In this document: one piece after another, positions 9,706-21,008 of the stretch
Layout of the letters: each line of letters begins with the position of its first letter
Numbering within the stretch: position 1 is the first letter of the stretch
Assembly: GCF_017656475.1 (NCBI RefSeq)
Contig: NZ_JACDNT010000002.1
Span: forward strand, 33,160-97,159
DNA from: Archaeoglobus sp.
GTDB taxonomy: Archaea > Halobacteriota > Archaeoglobi > Archaeoglobales > Archaeoglobaceae
Reading direction: 5' to 3'
DNA: 64,000 bases
Position numbers and translations under genes: made by a program
Notes under the pieces: generated by a model
The model's database searches: none
What the model was told of the DNA's origin: nothing
The model's input: only the letters and a program-made list of their open reading frames with translations

Positions 9706-10331
9706 CTCACCTCAAGGAAGTCTGCAAGCTCTTTCAGGGATTCAAAAACGTAATCTGCATGCTGGATAAAAGACTTTGCCATCTCCTTGTTTCTCTCTGT
9801 CAATATTAAGGCGGCTTTTGCTCCGGCAGCTTTTCCAGAGAGGATGTCAAAGAGAAAGTCCCCAACCATAAGGGCCCTTGAAGGTTTAACATCGAACATC
9901 TTCAACGCCAGAATGAGCGGTTCTGGAGAGGGTTTTGGCTTTGCATCTTCTCTTCCAATGATAAAGTCAAAGTTGAATCCAAGCCTTTCAGCCACTATCT
10001 CAGCACTCCTTCTGCTGTTTCTCGTAATAACGCCCTTTATGACATCAAGCCCGTTAACAAGCTCTACAGCGTAATAAGCAGGTCTAGCTTCCATCGCGCA
10101 CTTCAACTCATAACTCTCAAGAATTCTGAACATTTCCTGTCTTCTCTGCATATCGCTCTCTTCCATTATTGACTCAAGAATAAACCGTCCCTTAATCCCA
10201 AGTTCTCTCCTTATCTCGTCGAAGGGTATGTTAAGCTCGATAAGTGTGCCGTCTAAATCAAAGGCAACAAGCTCAAATTTCGAGGAGTTGTCTGAACTTT
10301 CTGGCTTCTTCTGCTGGATTTCTTGAATCAT
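9702..10331 (-). CDS. HAD-superfamily phosphatase
   Basis: 209 aa. Motif I is FDLDGTL and motif IV is MVGDFLFDI. There is a 4-nt overlap with the downstream PPS gene. Confidence 0.8.
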   Translation of the reverse strand: MIQEIQQKKPESSDNSSKFELVAFDLDGTLIELNIPFDEIRRELGIKGRFILESIMEESDMQRRQEMFRILESYELKCAMEARPAYYAVELVNGLDVIKGVITRNSRRSAEIVAERLGFNFDFIIGREDAKPKPSPEPLILALKMFDVKPSRALMVGDFLFDILSGKAAGAKAALILTERNKEMAKSFIQHADYVFESLKELADFLEVR

Positions 10332-10902
10332 AAATACCCCTCCCGACTATAATTCCATCAGCATACTTTACAGCCTCCAGACTACCCTTCTGAGCACCTA
10401 TTCCGGGACAGAGGATTTCCATGTCGCCAGCAACTCTCCTTATTTCCTTCAGCCTCTCAATTCTCGTTGATGGAGCTATAAGTCCGCTGCATCCAATTTC
10501 TCTAGCCTTCTCAGCGATTTTTAGCGAGACTGCACTCATGAACTCCTCCCCTCCGGGACTGCTGAGTTCTGTCACAACGTAAACCTTCCCCCCATACTCC
10601 GCTGCAACTCTGCAGACTTCTTTAAGCGTATCGCTGCCAACAAATCCGTGTGCAATCACCGACTCTGCAGAGTTCTCAAAGGCGATTTTCGCTATCAGAG
10701 AACTCGTGTATGGGATGTCGGCAATCTTGAAATCTGCTATAACGGGTTTAATTTTAGAGAGCTTTTTTATCACCTTTATACCAGCCGAGAGAACAAGGGG
10801 ATAGTTGACCTTTATTCTGTCAACATACTCCTCAACATTTCTCGCTATTTCAAGGGCTTTTTCTTCATCGAGAACGTCAAGAGCCAGTATCAGCTGTTTC
10901 AT
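10273..10902 (-). CDS. pyrF: Orotidine-5'-phosphate decarboxylase
   Basis: Internal ATG at 10902 gives [10 protein letters not shown]...[10 protein letters not shown]...IVGRGIY. The 3' end overlaps the HAD gene start by 59 nt in another frame. Confidence 0.85.
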   Translation of the reverse strand: MKQLILALDVLDEEKALEIARNVEEYVDRIKVNYPLVLSAGIKVIKKLSKIKPVIADFKIADIPYTSSLIAKIAFENSAESVIAHGFVGSDTLKEVCRVAAEYGGKVYVVTELSSPGGEEFMSAVSLKIAEKAREIGCSGLIAPSTRIERLKEIRRVAGDMEILCPGIGAQKGSLEAVKYADGIIVGRGIYDSRNPAEEARKFRQLLEI

Positions 10903-10992
10903 CGGGAAATGTTGAATGTGGGTAAAAATTACTTTTCCTTCCAAAAGCAATCCTGAGCAACAACTTTATACCGTTCTGCACGACCATGCATA

Positions 10993-12237
10993 ATGGTTAG
11001 GGAGAAGGGTTTCTGGAAGAGGGAGAGGGTTGATGAGGCTCTCAACAGGTTGCTTGGGAAGATTAAGGTCCTTGGTACCGAACATGTTAACGTTTACAAC
11101 CTCAACGGCCGTGTTTTGGCCGAAGACATTGTTGCAGGTTTCGATATTCCACGATTTGACAGGGCGGCGATGGATGGCTATGCTGTAAGGGCTGAGGACA
11201 CGTTTGGTGCTTCTGTCAACAATCCAATCATGCTCGAGCTTGCCGGCAGTGTGGAGATTGGAGAGACGCCTGAGGTAGAAGTGGAGCCGGGAAAAGCTGT
11301 CAGGATAATGACCGGAGCGATGATGCCTAAGGGTGCAAATGCGGTAGTTATGCTTGAGCACACGAGGATAAATGGCAACTTGATTGAAGTCTTGAAGGCC
11401 GTGACACCAATGAAAAACGTTTCGAGGAGGGGGGAGGACATAAAAGAGGGAGAGGTTGTCCTGAGAAAGGGGGAGATTCTCCAGCCTCAGGATGCCGGGG
11501 TGATTGCATCCCTTGGAATAGACAAAGTCAAGGTTTACCGGAAACCAAAAGTGGCCGTTATCACCACCGGAAACGAGCTTGTGGAGGTTGGTGAAGCAAT
11601 TGAAGGAGCAAAAATATACAACTCCAACAATCCGATGATATGCAACGCCCTCCTTGAATTTGGGTTTGAAGCGATTTCGCTGGGAATTGCGAGAGACTCC
11701 ATTGAAGATATACGGAATAAGGTTAGTGAAGCGCTAAAGTTTGATGCAGTTGTGATAACAGGGGGAACCTCTGTCGGCTCCAAGGACCTCGTTCCTGAAG
11801 TTATTGAAGAAATTGGAGAGATAGTATTTCACGGCGTTTCGATGAAGCCCGGAATGCCAACTGCAGCCGGTGTTGTTGATGGAAAGCCAGTTTTTATGCT
11901 CCCAGGCTCGCCGGCGGCAGCTCTGCTTGGATTTTACACCTTTGCTGTTCCTGCTATCTACAGGATGATGAATGTGAAAATTGTTGCGAGGAAATGGAGC
12001 AGGCAAAGAGGAATTCTGCAGGGAAGGGTTCCGTCGGAGACTGGGGTTAGAGGGAACGTCAGGGTTCACTGGCAAGATGGGAAAGTTTACCCGGTAAGGA
12101 TTTCGGGGTCGGGGGTTCTCAGCTCCTTCGTCAGGGCGAATGCCTTGCTTGTAGTGCCCGAGGAGAGAGAAGGCTACGAGGAGGGTGAGGAGGTAGAGGT
12201 TACGCTTTTGAGGGATGTAACAGAGGTGTTCGAATGA
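10993..12237 (+). CDS. moeA: Molybdopterin molybdenum/tungsten transferase MoeA
   Basis: 414 aa with FDRAAMDGYAVRAEDT, TGAMMPKGANAVVM, ITTGNEL and ITGGTSVGSKD. Confidence 0.9.
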   Translation: MVREKGFWKRERVDEALNRLLGKIKVLGTEHVNVYNLNGRVLAEDIVAGFDIPRFDRAAMDGYAVRAEDTFGASVNNPIMLELAGSVEIGETPEVEVEPGKAVRIMTGAMMPKGANAVVMLEHTRINGNLIEVLKAVTPMKNVSRRGEDIKEGEVVLRKGEILQPQDAGVIASLGIDKVKVYRKPKVAVITTGNELVEVGEAIEGAKIYNSNNPMICNALLEFGFEAISLGIARDSIEDIRNKVSEALKFDAVVITGGTSVGSKDLVPEVIEEIGEIVFHGVSMKPGMPTAAGVVDGKPVFMLPGSPAAALLGFYTFAVPAIYRMMNVKIVARKWSRQRGILQGRVPSETGVRGNVRVHWQDGKVYPVRISGSGVLSSFVRANALLVVPEEREGYEEGEEVEVTLLRDVTEVFE

Positions 12238-14198
12238 GGAAGGTTTTCAGAGATGTTGTAACGATTGACGAAGCCCGGAATCTGCTTTTCAACTATTTCA
12301 CTCCCAAAAGAACTGTTGAGACTGTCCCGCTTTACCTTGCCGTAAATAGAGTTCTGGCAAAGGATGTTTACGCCCTCACCGACGTCCCACCTTTCGACAG
12401 GGCAACAATGGACGGCTACGCTGTCAGGGCTGAGGACACTTTTACCGCCGAGGAGGACAATCCGGTCATTTTGAAAGTCACAGGAGTGATTGAGGCCGGA
12501 AAAAAGCCAGAAATTGAGGTTAATAGAGGAGAGGCTGCTGAAATAGCCACAGGAGCCATGATGCCGAAGGGTGCAAACGCTGTGGTAATGGTAGAGTACA
12601 CGAGGAAAAGAGGAGATGAAATTGAAGTATTCAAGCCAGTCTCTCCGGGAGAGAACGTGATGTACGCGGGAAGCGACATAATGGCGGGAGAGTTAATAGC
12701 CAGAGAGGGATCAAGGCTGACTCACAGAGAAATCGGTGTTATGGCTGCATGCGGAATAAAAGAGGTTGAGGTGTACAGGAAGCCAAGAGTTGCAATAATC
12801 TCAACAGGAAATGAGCTGATTAGTCCGGGAGAAAAACTCGTGGAGGGTAAAATATACGACGTCAACTCCTACAGCCTAACTGCAGCAGTTGAGGAGAATG
12901 GCGGGGAAGCGATTTTAATTGGCATTGCGAGAGATGATGAAGCGGAGATGCGCAGACTTATTGATAAAGCTCTTAAAGATGCTGACATCGTTATTACGAG
13001 CGGAAGCACCTCTGCAGGAGCCGGAGACGTGATGTACCGCATTCTGGATGAATTCAATCCGGGTGTCATAGTTCACGGCATCGCCATAAAGCCCGGAAAA
13101 CCAGCTATTATAGCTGTGAGCGATTCAAAACCAATTTTCGGGTTGCCGGGATATCCCACCTCCGCCATGACAGTTTTCGAAGTTATAGTAGCGCCGATAA
13201 TAAGGGAAATGGCCGGAATTTCGGAAAGTGAGGTGGCAAGGCTAAAAGCAAAGCTGGCTTTGAAGGTTTTCTCGGCAGAGGGGAGGAGAGAGTATCTTCC
13301 AGTAAACGTTGTGGAGGGTGTCGAGGGTTACTCAGCCTATCCTGTGAGCGGCTCATACAGCGGAGCCGTTACCTCCTTTGCCTTCACAGATGGCTTTGTT
13401 GAAATTCCCGAGAACGTTGTCATGCTCGAAGAGGGGGAAGAGATTGAAGTTAAGCTCTTCAGCCATCTCAGACCTGCGGATTTGATGATAATAGGAAGCC
13501 ACTGCGTTGGTGTGGACATTCTTCTGTCAATTCTGCGGGAAAAGAGGCCATACATGAGCAAGGTTATAAACGTCGGTTCCACAGGCGGGATTCTTGCCGT
13601 AAAGAGGGGTGAGGCTGATATTGCCGGCACCCACCTGCTTGACGAGAGCGGAGTTTATAACGAGCCGATTGTGAGAAAATACGGGCTAAGGAATGTGTTG
13701 CTGGTTAAAGGTTACTTGAGGGAGCAGGGTTTGATAGTTGCAAATGGGAATCCCAAGAGAATTAGAGGCTTTGAAGACCTGCTGAGAGGGGATGTGACCT
13801 TCATCAACCGCAACCGGGGCAGTGGGACGAGGATTTTAACGGATATGTATCTCAGGGAGGTTGCCGAAAAGAGAGGTGTGAGTTTTCAGGAACTCACTGC
13901 TTCAATCAAGGGCTATACAGTTGAGGCAAAAACCCACACTTCCGTTGCGGTTTCGGTGGCAAGCGGGAAGGCTGATGTAGGGGTGGGGATAAAGAGTGTC
14001 ACGGTGAACTATGGCCTGGATTTCATACCACTGAGAAGTGAGGAGTACGATTTCCTGATAAGGAAAGACAGGATGGAAAAGGAAGCTGTGAGGGATTTTC
14101 TGGAGTGTTTAACTTCGGAGGAGTTTGCCAGCAGGCTTCAGAAAGTTGAGGGTTTGAAAGTCTATGAGAGGACTGGGGAAGTGGTGGAAATCGACTGA
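12234..14198 (+). CDS. moeA: MoeA fused to a C-terminal periplasmic-binding-protein-like (molybdate/tungstate-binding-type) domain
   Basis: 654 aa. The first 410 aa or so parallel the upstream MoeA (FDRATMDGYAVRAEDT, TGAMMPKGANAVVM, ISTGNEL, TSGSTSAGAGD). The last 240 aa or so (IIGSHCVG...GSTGGILAVKRGEADIAGTHL...) look like a type-2 PBP fold. There is a 4-nt overlap with the first moeA. Confidence 0.85.
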   Translation: MRKVFRDVVTIDEARNLLFNYFTPKRTVETVPLYLAVNRVLAKDVYALTDVPPFDRATMDGYAVRAEDTFTAEEDNPVILKVTGVIEAGKKPEIEVNRGEAAEIATGAMMPKGANAVVMVEYTRKRGDEIEVFKPVSPGENVMYAGSDIMAGELIAREGSRLTHREIGVMAACGIKEVEVYRKPRVAIISTGNELISPGEKLVEGKIYDVNSYSLTAAVEENGGEAILIGIARDDEAEMRRLIDKALKDADIVITSGSTSAGAGDVMYRILDEFNPGVIVHGIAIKPGKPAIIAVSDSKPIFGLPGYPTSAMTVFEVIVAPIIREMAGISESEVARLKAKLALKVFSAEGRREYLPVNVVEGVEGYSAYPVSGSYSGAVTSFAFTDGFVEIPENVVMLEEGEEIEVKLFSHLRPADLMIIGSHCVGVDILLSILREKRPYMSKVINVGSTGGILAVKRGEADIAGTHLLDESGVYNEPIVRKYGLRNVLLVKGYLREQGLIVANGNPKRIRGFEDLLRGDVTFINRNRGSGTRILTDMYLREVAEKRGVSFQELTASIKGYTVEAKTHTSVAVSVASGKADVGVGIKSVTVNYGLDFIPLRSEEYDFLIRKDRMEKEAVRDFLECLTSEEFASRLQKVEGLKVYERTGEVVEID

Positions 14199-14250
14199 AC
14201 ATTAATCCAAAATCAAAAAGCATTTTAAATCTCCTTCCCACTCAGCCTTC

Positions 14251-16251
14251 ATGCTACTCCTCGAACACGAATCCAAAGCTCTGCTTGAGAAATACGGCAT
14301 AAAAACAGCAGCATGCACCTTCTGCGAGACGGAAGAGCAAGCCATTAGGGCAGCAAAGCAAATAGGCTTCCCGGTTGTGATGAAGGTTGCTGGGAGAGAG
14401 ATAGTCCACAAGAGTGATGTCGGTGGAGTTATTCTGAACATCAACTCTGAAGAAGAAGTAAAAAAGGCTTTCCAGGCTTTGATGTCCATACCAAAGGCTG
14501 AAGGAGTCAATGTGCAGCCTCAGGTCGAGAAGGGGATTGAGGTCATAGTTGGTGTTGCTGAGAACGAGCAGTTCGGAAGCGTTGTCATGTTTGGCTTGGG
14601 TGGTGTTTTTGTTGAAGTTCTGAAGGATGTTAGCTTCAGGTTGTTGCCTTTAACGAGAAGGGATGCCGAGGAGATGGTGAGGGAGGTTAAGGGGTATAAG
14701 CTGCTTGAAGGCTACAGAGGGATGAAGGGTGATGTTGGGGCTGTTGTTGATCTGCTTTTAAAGCTAAATGAAATTGTTGAGAAAGAAAGTATAGTGGAGA
14801 TGGATTTGAATCCCGTTTTTGTCTATGAGAAAGGACTGGTTGTTGCTGATGCCAGGATTGTTGTTGGGGAAAGGAAGAGGTTCGATATGGAAATTGGGGA
14901 TATAGACTTCTTCTTCAATGCAGAGAGTGTGGCGGTTGTTGGTGCTTCGACAAATCCAATTAAGGTCGGAAACTCTGTCTTGAAGAGCCTGATGTCAAAC
15001 GAGAATCTGAGGATTTACCCCATAAACCCGAAAGCGAACGAAATTCTTGGGCTGAAAACTTATCCCTCCATAAAATCCCTTCCCGAAGTCCCGGATATTG
15101 CGATTATAACTGTCCCTGCCGATTACGTTGTTGATGCTGTCAGAGAGGCTGCTGAAATTGGAGTGAGGGGAGTTGTGATAATCTCGTCCGGATTTAAGGA
15201 GGCCGAAGTTGAGGAAGGAAAGCTCAGGGAAGAAGAGCTGAGGAAAATCGTCAGAGAATACGGAATAAGGATAATAGGGCCAAACACCTTCGGCATAGTC
15301 AGTGTAATCAACGGCTTAAATGCCAGCTTCACACCGATGTTCAGCGAGGTGAAGAAGGGCAGAATAGCGCTGGTTTCGCAGAGCGGCGGGATATGCCACT
15401 ACACTGTTCATCAATTCAGGGATTTAGGGTTCAGCCATATCCTGCATCTTGGAAACAGGTGCGATGTCGATTTTCCAGACGCGCTGAGGTTTTTAGCCAA
15501 TGACGAGAATACCGATGTCGTCGCACTCTACATCGAAGGCACTGAAAACGGAAGAGGAATCTTTGAAGAGCTAAAAGAGCTCTGCAAGAGGAAAAAGGTT
15601 GTGGTGATGAAGTCTGGAAGGAGCAGTGTTGCTGACAAGGCATCGGTGAGCCACACGGGAAGCATGGCGGGGGATTACAGAGTCTTTGCCTCAGCCATGA
15701 GGCAGGCTGGGGCGGTTGTTGTGGAAACTCCAACGGAACTGATGGACTCAGCTATGGCAATGGCAAAATTTGAGGAGGTAAAAGGTGGAGTTGCAGTGCT
15801 GACAATACAGGCCGGCCTTGGAATCGTTGCTGCCGACATCATCGAGACCTCTGGCGGTAGGCTGGCAAAATTTGGAGATGAGACTGTGAGGAAGCTGAAA
15901 AGCCTGCTACCCCCGATAACTCTCAGAGAGAACCCCGTGGATATGTCGTTCAGCGGTCTCGACCTTCATGTTTTTGCTGAAGTTATAGATACAGTCTGCC
16001 AGGATGAAGATACCGGAATGGTAATGTTCCTTTACGCTGTCGCACCACCAAGCTGGGTTTTACCGGCTGAGGTAATCTCGCAGATAATGGGCAGAATGAC
16101 CAAGCCGTCCATTCTTGTCTATTCATCAACTCCAGAGAACTACGCAGAAATCAAGGAAGTATTAAAGGACTCTGAAACTCTGATATTCGACTCAGTAGAG
16201 AGGGCTGCAAGAGTTGCCGCAATTCTGTCAGACAAACGAAACTATTTTTAA
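14251..16251 (+). CDS. ADP-forming acyl/acetyl-CoA synthetase, fused with ATP-grasp (beta) part first
   Basis: 666 aa. The N-terminus [14 protein letters not shown]...[16 protein letters not shown] is ATP-grasp. From about residue 225, [17 protein letters not shown] (CoA-binding) and [10 protein letters not shown] (phosphohistidine-loop-like) follow. Confidence 0.85.
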   Translation: MLLLEHESKALLEKYGIKTAACTFCETEEQAIRAAKQIGFPVVMKVAGREIVHKSDVGGVILNINSEEEVKKAFQALMSIPKAEGVNVQPQVEKGIEVIVGVAENEQFGSVVMFGLGGVFVEVLKDVSFRLLPLTRRDAEEMVREVKGYKLLEGYRGMKGDVGAVVDLLLKLNEIVEKESIVEMDLNPVFVYEKGLVVADARIVVGERKRFDMEIGDIDFFFNAESVAVVGASTNPIKVGNSVLKSLMSNENLRIYPINPKANEILGLKTYPSIKSLPEVPDIAIITVPADYVVDAVREAAEIGVRGVVIISSGFKEAEVEEGKLREEELRKIVREYGIRIIGPNTFGIVSVINGLNASFTPMFSEVKKGRIALVSQSGGICHYTVHQFRDLGFSHILHLGNRCDVDFPDALRFLANDENTDVVALYIEGTENGRGIFEELKELCKRKKVVVMKSGRSSVADKASVSHTGSMAGDYRVFASAMRQAGAVVVETPTELMDSAMAMAKFEEVKGGVAVLTIQAGLGIVAADIIETSGGRLAKFGDETVRKLKSLLPPITLRENPVDMSFSGLDLHVFAEVIDTVCQDEDTGMVMFLYAVAPPSWVLPAEVISQIMGRMTKPSILVYSSTPENYAEIKEVLKDSETLIFDSVERAARVAAILSDKRNYF

Positions 16252-16273
16252 TTTCACCCTGCATTTCAGGTTG

Positions 16274-17146
16274 ATGTTGCTGGTTTATATTGACGGTGAG
16301 TTCGTCCCGGAAAATGAAGCGAAGATAAGCATCTTTGACCACGGCTTTCTTTACGGAGATGGAGTTTTTGAGGGGATAAGAGCTTACAACGGAAGAGTTT
16401 TTCGGCTAAAAGAGCACATAGACCGCCTTTACGACTCCGCCAAAGCCATCGATCTTGAGATACCTCTCACCAAGGAGGAGTTCATGGAGATAATTCTTGA
16501 AACGCTGAGAAAAAACAACCTCAGAGATGCATATATCAGGCCGATTGTTACAAGAGGGGTTGGTGACCTTGGCCTCGATCCGAGAAAATGTCAGAAGCCC
16601 TCGATAATAGTCATAACAAAGCCATGGGGTAAGCTCTACGGAGACCTCTACGAGAGGGGCTTAACGGCAGTCACTGTTGGAGTGAGAAGGAACTCTTTTG
16701 ATGCACTTCCGCCAAATATAAAGTCTCTCAACTACCTCAACAACATTCTGGCAAAGATTGAAGCGAATGCAAAAGGAGGAGATGAGGCTATCTTCCTTGA
16801 CAGAAATGGCTACGTTTCAGAGGGGAGCGGGGATAACATTTTTGTGGTTAAAAATGGGGCAATTACCACACCACCAACAATAAACAACCTCAGAGGAATT
16901 ACGAGAGAGGCTGTGATAGAAATAATAAACAAACTCGGAATCCCGTTCAGGGAGACAAACATCGGTCTCTACGACCTCTACACGGCAGACGAGGTTTTTG
17001 TCACCGGCACTGCTGCTGAAATCGCACCAATTGTAGTTATTGATGGCAGAAAAATCGGTGATGGTAAGCCGGGAGAGATAACGAGAAAGCTTATGGAAGA
17101 GTTCAAAAAGCTCACTGAAAACGAGGGCACCCCAATCTATGAGTGA
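16274..17146 (+). CDS. ilvE: Branched-chain amino acid aminotransferase
   Basis: Internal ATG at 16274 gives [40 protein letters not shown]. Also present: [13 protein letters not shown] and the fold-type IV PLP enzyme pattern. Confidence 0.9.
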   Translation: MLLVYIDGEFVPENEAKISIFDHGFLYGDGVFEGIRAYNGRVFRLKEHIDRLYDSAKAIDLEIPLTKEEFMEIILETLRKNNLRDAYIRPIVTRGVGDLGLDPRKCQKPSIIVITKPWGKLYGDLYERGLTAVTVGVRRNSFDALPPNIKSLNYLNNILAKIEANAKGGDEAIFLDRNGYVSEGSGDNIFVVKNGAITTPPTINNLRGITREAVIEIINKLGIPFRETNIGLYDLYTADEVFVTGTAAEIAPIVVIDGRKIGDGKPGEITRKLMEEFKKLTENEGTPIYE

Positions 17147-17654
17147 AGTTCTGATTACACTAATCGTAGAGCTTGAGGACAGGCCGGGTCAGTTGCTAAA
17201 AGTTCTGCAGCCAATTTCGGCACTTGGAGGAAACATTGTTGGAATTATCCACCAGAGAGGGAAAAAGACACCTCTGAACAGACTGCCAGTCGAAATTTCG
17301 TTTAAAATAGATAGCAGCAAGGTGGAAAACCTTATAAAAGAGCTGAAATCGCTTGGAATAATTATAAGGAGCTTCAATGAGGTGAAGCTTACTGCAACTA
17401 CATCAGTTCTTCTAATAGGTCATCTCATCCACACGGACATCAGTGACACAATAAGCAGCATTGACACTGATGGCGAAGCGGAGTGTGTGGAGATGCATGT
17501 CAGCATGCCAGAGATTTCCGGTCCTTCGACTGCAATAATAACCATCTCAGCTTCAGGGAAGGAGAAGCTCAAAGAGGCTTTAGAAAAGCTGCGGGAAGTT
17601 TGCAGAAGAAAGGAAATAACGATAATCGAGCCGGTTAACGAGGAGCTAATATGA
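17139..17654 (+). CDS. ACT-domain protein
   Basis: 171 aa with [26 protein letters not shown], an ACT-type motif. It overlaps ilvE (8 nt) and hom (4 nt), consistent with translational coupling. Confidence 0.6.
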   Translation: MSEVLITLIVELEDRPGQLLKVLQPISALGGNIVGIIHQRGKKTPLNRLPVEISFKIDSSKVENLIKELKSLGIIIRSFNEVKLTATTSVLLIGHLIHTDISDTISSIDTDGEAECVEMHVSMPEISGPSTAIITISASGKEKLKEALEKLREVCRRKEITIIEPVNEELI

Positions 17655-18631
17655 TTAAAATCGCCATCATCGGGTTCGGAACAGTTGGACAGGGATTTGC
17701 TGAACTTTTGGTCAGGAAAAGGGACGAGATCGAGAAAGCCATTGGGGAATTCAAGGTTACCGCAATTGCAGACTCCAAAAGCTCGATAAGCGGTGAATTC
17801 AGCCTTTCTGACACCATTAAAATGAAAAGGGAGACTGGAAGGCTCAGAGATGATGTCAGCGCTATGGAGATTGTAAGAAATGCTGAATACGACGTTTTGG
17901 TTGAGGCCAGCGTGACTAAAATTGGGGGTGGAGATGCAGTTGAATACATCACGGAAGCCCTCAGGAGAGGGAAGCATGTAATTACGTCAAACAAGGGGCC
18001 AATTGTTGCCGATTTTGATGGTTTAATGAAGCTTGCAGAGAAGAACGGAGTAAAGCTCATGTATGAAGCCACTGTCGGAGGGGCGATGCCGGTTGTAAAG
18101 CTGGCAAAGAAGTACCTCGCATTTTGCGAAATTGAGAGTGTGAAGGGGATCTTCAACGGCACCTGCAATTACATACTATCAAGAATGGAAGAGGAAAGGC
18201 TCCCTTACGAGCAGATTCTCAAGGAAGCTCAGGAGCTTGGGTACGCTGAGGCTGACCCAACATACGACGTCGAGGGGATTGATGCCGCACTTAAGCTCGT
18301 AATAATCGCTAACACAATCGGTGTGAGTGCAAGGTATGAGGATGTTGAGGTGACGGGAATAACGCAGATAACCCCCGAAGCTTTTCAGGTTGCTGCTGAG
18401 AAAGGCTACACCATAAGGCTCATCGCAGAGGTTAGCAGGGAAAAGCTGAAAGTATCTCCGCGGCTTGTTCCACTGCACCATCCTCTCTCAATCAGGGGGG
18501 CGATGAATGCAGCCATGTTCAAAACGGATACTGCAGGAAACATCTTCGTCGCTGGCAGGGGAGCGGGAAAGGAGGAGACGGCATCAGCCATGCTGTCTGA
18601 CTTTTACGAGATTTATGCTGGATCTCATTAA
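17651..18631 (+). CDS. hom: Homoserine dehydrogenase
   Basis: 326 aa with IAIIGFGTVGQG (Rossmann), VITSNKG and LGYAEADPTYDVEGIDAALKL. Confidence 0.9.
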   Translation: MIKIAIIGFGTVGQGFAELLVRKRDEIEKAIGEFKVTAIADSKSSISGEFSLSDTIKMKRETGRLRDDVSAMEIVRNAEYDVLVEASVTKIGGGDAVEYITEALRRGKHVITSNKGPIVADFDGLMKLAEKNGVKLMYEATVGGAMPVVKLAKKYLAFCEIESVKGIFNGTCNYILSRMEEERLPYEQILKEAQELGYAEADPTYDVEGIDAALKLVIIANTIGVSARYEDVEVTGITQITPEAFQVAAEKGYTIRLIAEVSREKLKVSPRLVPLHHPLSIRGAMNAAMFKTDTAGNIFVAGRGAGKEETASAMLSDFYEIYAGSH

Positions 18632-19337
18632 GTTTTTAATAGTCCTTGGATTTTTGTTATACGCCTGCAAGCTCGACTTGGAGAGCAGAATAATCCCAAA
18701 TCGAGTATGGAAGTACATGCTGCTCGTCTCACTCCCCATAACAGGATATCAGCTCGTTACAAGTGATTATTTGATGATACACTATATGGTGGCCGGATTT
18801 TTCGTTCTGATGGTTATCGCTCTCTCCTATGCCCTCTACCTTATCGGAGCTTACGGAGGGGCTGATGCAAAAGCGATAATGTGCCTCGCCGTAATCTTCC
18901 CGTTTTATCCAACCTTCAACGGCTTCCCTATGCTCAACCAGGGATTTTCTTTCGCCTTCTCAACGCTCGCCAACTCTGTAATAGCCGCTCCACTGCTCCT
19001 GATTTTTATGTTTTTCCGCAACCTGGTGAGAGAGGGTTGGAGAGGGCTGAGAGGGAACGTTCTCTATTATTTCACAGGTTACAGGGCTGACGTAAAAAAC
19101 CTGCCGAAGTTCCACAACCTGCTCGAATTCGTAGACGAGAATGGAGAGTTCAAGCGTGTCAGGAGGGCTGTTGAGCCGGATGAGAGGATGCTTGAAAGAC
19201 TGAGAAAGAGTGGTGTGGAGAAGGTCTGGGTCACTCCCGCATTACCATTCTTAATATTCATCACCGCAGGATATATCGTTGCATTTATTTTCGGGGATTT
19301 ACTGTATCTGCCAATCTCCACCATTTTAAGCTGGTGA
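18615..19337 (+). CDS. A24-family aspartic membrane peptidase (preflagellin/prepilin peptidase-like)
   Basis: Internal ATG at 18615 gives MLDLIKFLIVLGF...CKLDLESRIIPN. The second catalytic motif is YGGADAKA, and the protein is polytopic and hydrophobic. The upstream part of track ORF 18507 lies inside hom. Confidence 0.75.
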   Translation: MLDLIKFLIVLGFLLYACKLDLESRIIPNRVWKYMLLVSLPITGYQLVTSDYLMIHYMVAGFFVLMVIALSYALYLIGAYGGADAKAIMCLAVIFPFYPTFNGFPMLNQGFSFAFSTLANSVIAAPLLLIFMFFRNLVREGWRGLRGNVLYYFTGYRADVKNLPKFHNLLEFVDENGEFKRVRRAVEPDERMLERLRKSGVEKVWVTPALPFLIFITAGYIVAFIFGDLLYLPISTILSW

Positions 19338-19394
19338 AAGGTTTATATATCCTCCTAATGGATTTAACGAAAAACCAGAAAGGAGGAGATGGGT

Positions 19395-20666
19395 ATGGCT
19401 AAGGAAAAGGAGCACATTAATGTTGCCTTCATAGGGCATGTGGACCACGGAAAGAGCACTCTGATTGGAAGGCTGCTTTACGAAACTGGTGAGATTCCGG
19501 AGCACATAATTGAGAAAATGAGGAAAGAAGCTCAGGAGAAGGGCAAAGCTACATTCGAGTTCGCATGGGTCATGGACAGACTGAAGGAGGAGAGGGAGAG
19601 AGGAGTTACCATCGATGTAGCCCACAGAAAGTTCGAGACTGAGAAGTACTACATCACCATTGTCGACTGCCCCGGTCACAGGGACTTTATCAAGAACATG
19701 ATTACTGGAGCTTCCCAAGCTGATGCAGCGGTTCTCGTCATGGATGTTGTTGAAAAGGTCCAGCCACAGACCAGGGAGCACATATTCCTTGCAAGAACTC
19801 TCGGTATAAACCAGCTGATCGTGGCAATTAACAAGATGGACAGAGTTAACTACGACCAGAAGGAGTACGAGGCAGCTAAGGAGGCAGTAAGCAAGCTGCT
19901 CAAGATGGTGGGTTACAAGGTCGATGAGATTCCGTTCATTCCAGTCTCAGCATACTACGGAGACAACGTCGCCAAGAAGAGCGACAAGACTCCGTGGTAC
20001 AACGGACCGACTCTGATGGAGGCGTTCGACCTTCTCAAGCCGCCGGAGAAGCTCGTGGACAAGCCGCTCAGAATCCCCATCCAGGATGTCTACTCGATCA
20101 GCGGTGTTGGTACGGTGCCTGTGGGGAGAGTTGAGAGCGGTGTGCTGAGAGTTGGAGACAAGGTCGTGTTTGAGCCTGCTGGTGTGAGCGGTGAAGTCAA
20201 GAGCATCGAAATGCACCACGAGCCAATTCAGGAAGCGTATCCAGGAGACAACATCGGTTTCAACGTTAGAGGTGTGAGCAAGAAGGACATCAGAAGAGGA
20301 GATGTCGCAGGACATCCGGACAACCCGCCAACCGTGGTTAAGGACTTCACAGCCCAGCTCGTCGTTCTGCAGCACCCAACTGCAATTACAGTAGGTTACA
20401 CTCCAGTTGTGCATGCGCACACGGCACAGATCGCCTGCAGGTTCGTTGAGCTCCAGAAGAAGATCGACCCAAGGACTGGTCAGGTTAAGGAAGAGAACCC
20501 GCAGTTCCTTAAGACTGGAGACGCTGCAATCGTGAAGCTTGAGCCAACAAGACCGATGGTCATCGAGAAGGTCAAGGACATTCCACCGATGGGCAGGTTC
20601 GCTATCAGAGACATGGGTATGACCATTGGAGCCGGAATGGTTCTCGATCTTACCCCAAGAAAATAA
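19395..20666 (+). CDS. tuf: Translation elongation factor EF-1alpha
   Basis: [30 protein letters not shown] and NKMD GTPase motifs. GGAGG lies about 8 nt upstream of this ATG; ATG 19389 is an alternative start. Confidence 0.97.
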   Translation: MAKEKEHINVAFIGHVDHGKSTLIGRLLYETGEIPEHIIEKMRKEAQEKGKATFEFAWVMDRLKEERERGVTIDVAHRKFETEKYYITIVDCPGHRDFIKNMITGASQADAAVLVMDVVEKVQPQTREHIFLARTLGINQLIVAINKMDRVNYDQKEYEAAKEAVSKLLKMVGYKVDEIPFIPVSAYYGDNVAKKSDKTPWYNGPTLMEAFDLLKPPEKLVDKPLRIPIQDVYSISGVGTVPVGRVESGVLRVGDKVVFEPAGVSGEVKSIEMHHEPIQEAYPGDNIGFNVRGVSKKDIRRGDVAGHPDNPPTVVKDFTAQLVVLQHPTAITVGYTPVVHAHTAQIACRFVELQKKIDPRTGQVKEENPQFLKTGDAAIVKLEPTRPMVIEKVKDIPPMGRFAIRDMGMTIGAGMVLDLTPRK

Positions 20667-20687
20667 CCTTATTTTTTTGGTGGTCTA

Positions 20688-21008
20688 ATGCCGATAAAAG
20701 GTCCTAAGGCAAGAATCAAGCTCTCTGGTCTGAATCCAAAGGAACTGGATAGAATCTGCAGCCAGATCAAGGAGATCGCAAACAAGACTGGTGTTGAGCT
20801 GAGCGGGCCGGTACCTCTCCCCACAAGGAGGATGGTCGTTCCAGTGAGGAAGGCCCCGGACGGAGAGGGCAGTGAAACCTGGGATCACTGGGAAATGAGG
20901 GTTCACAAGAGGCTCATAGACATTTCAGCGGACGAAAGAGCGTTGAGGCAGATAATGAGAATTCAGGTTCCGAGAGACGTGAACATTGAAATCGTCCTCG
21001 AATCCTGA
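20688..21008 (+). CDS. rps10: 30S ribosomal protein S10
   Basis: 106 aa with [14 protein letters not shown]...GPVPLPT...[15 protein letters not shown]. It occupies the classic position after EF-1alpha. Confidence 0.95.
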   Translation: MPIKGPKARIKLSGLNPKELDRICSQIKEIANKTGVELSGPVPLPTRRMVVPVRKAPDGEGSETWDHWEMRVHKRLIDISADERALRQIMRIQVPRDVNIEIVLES

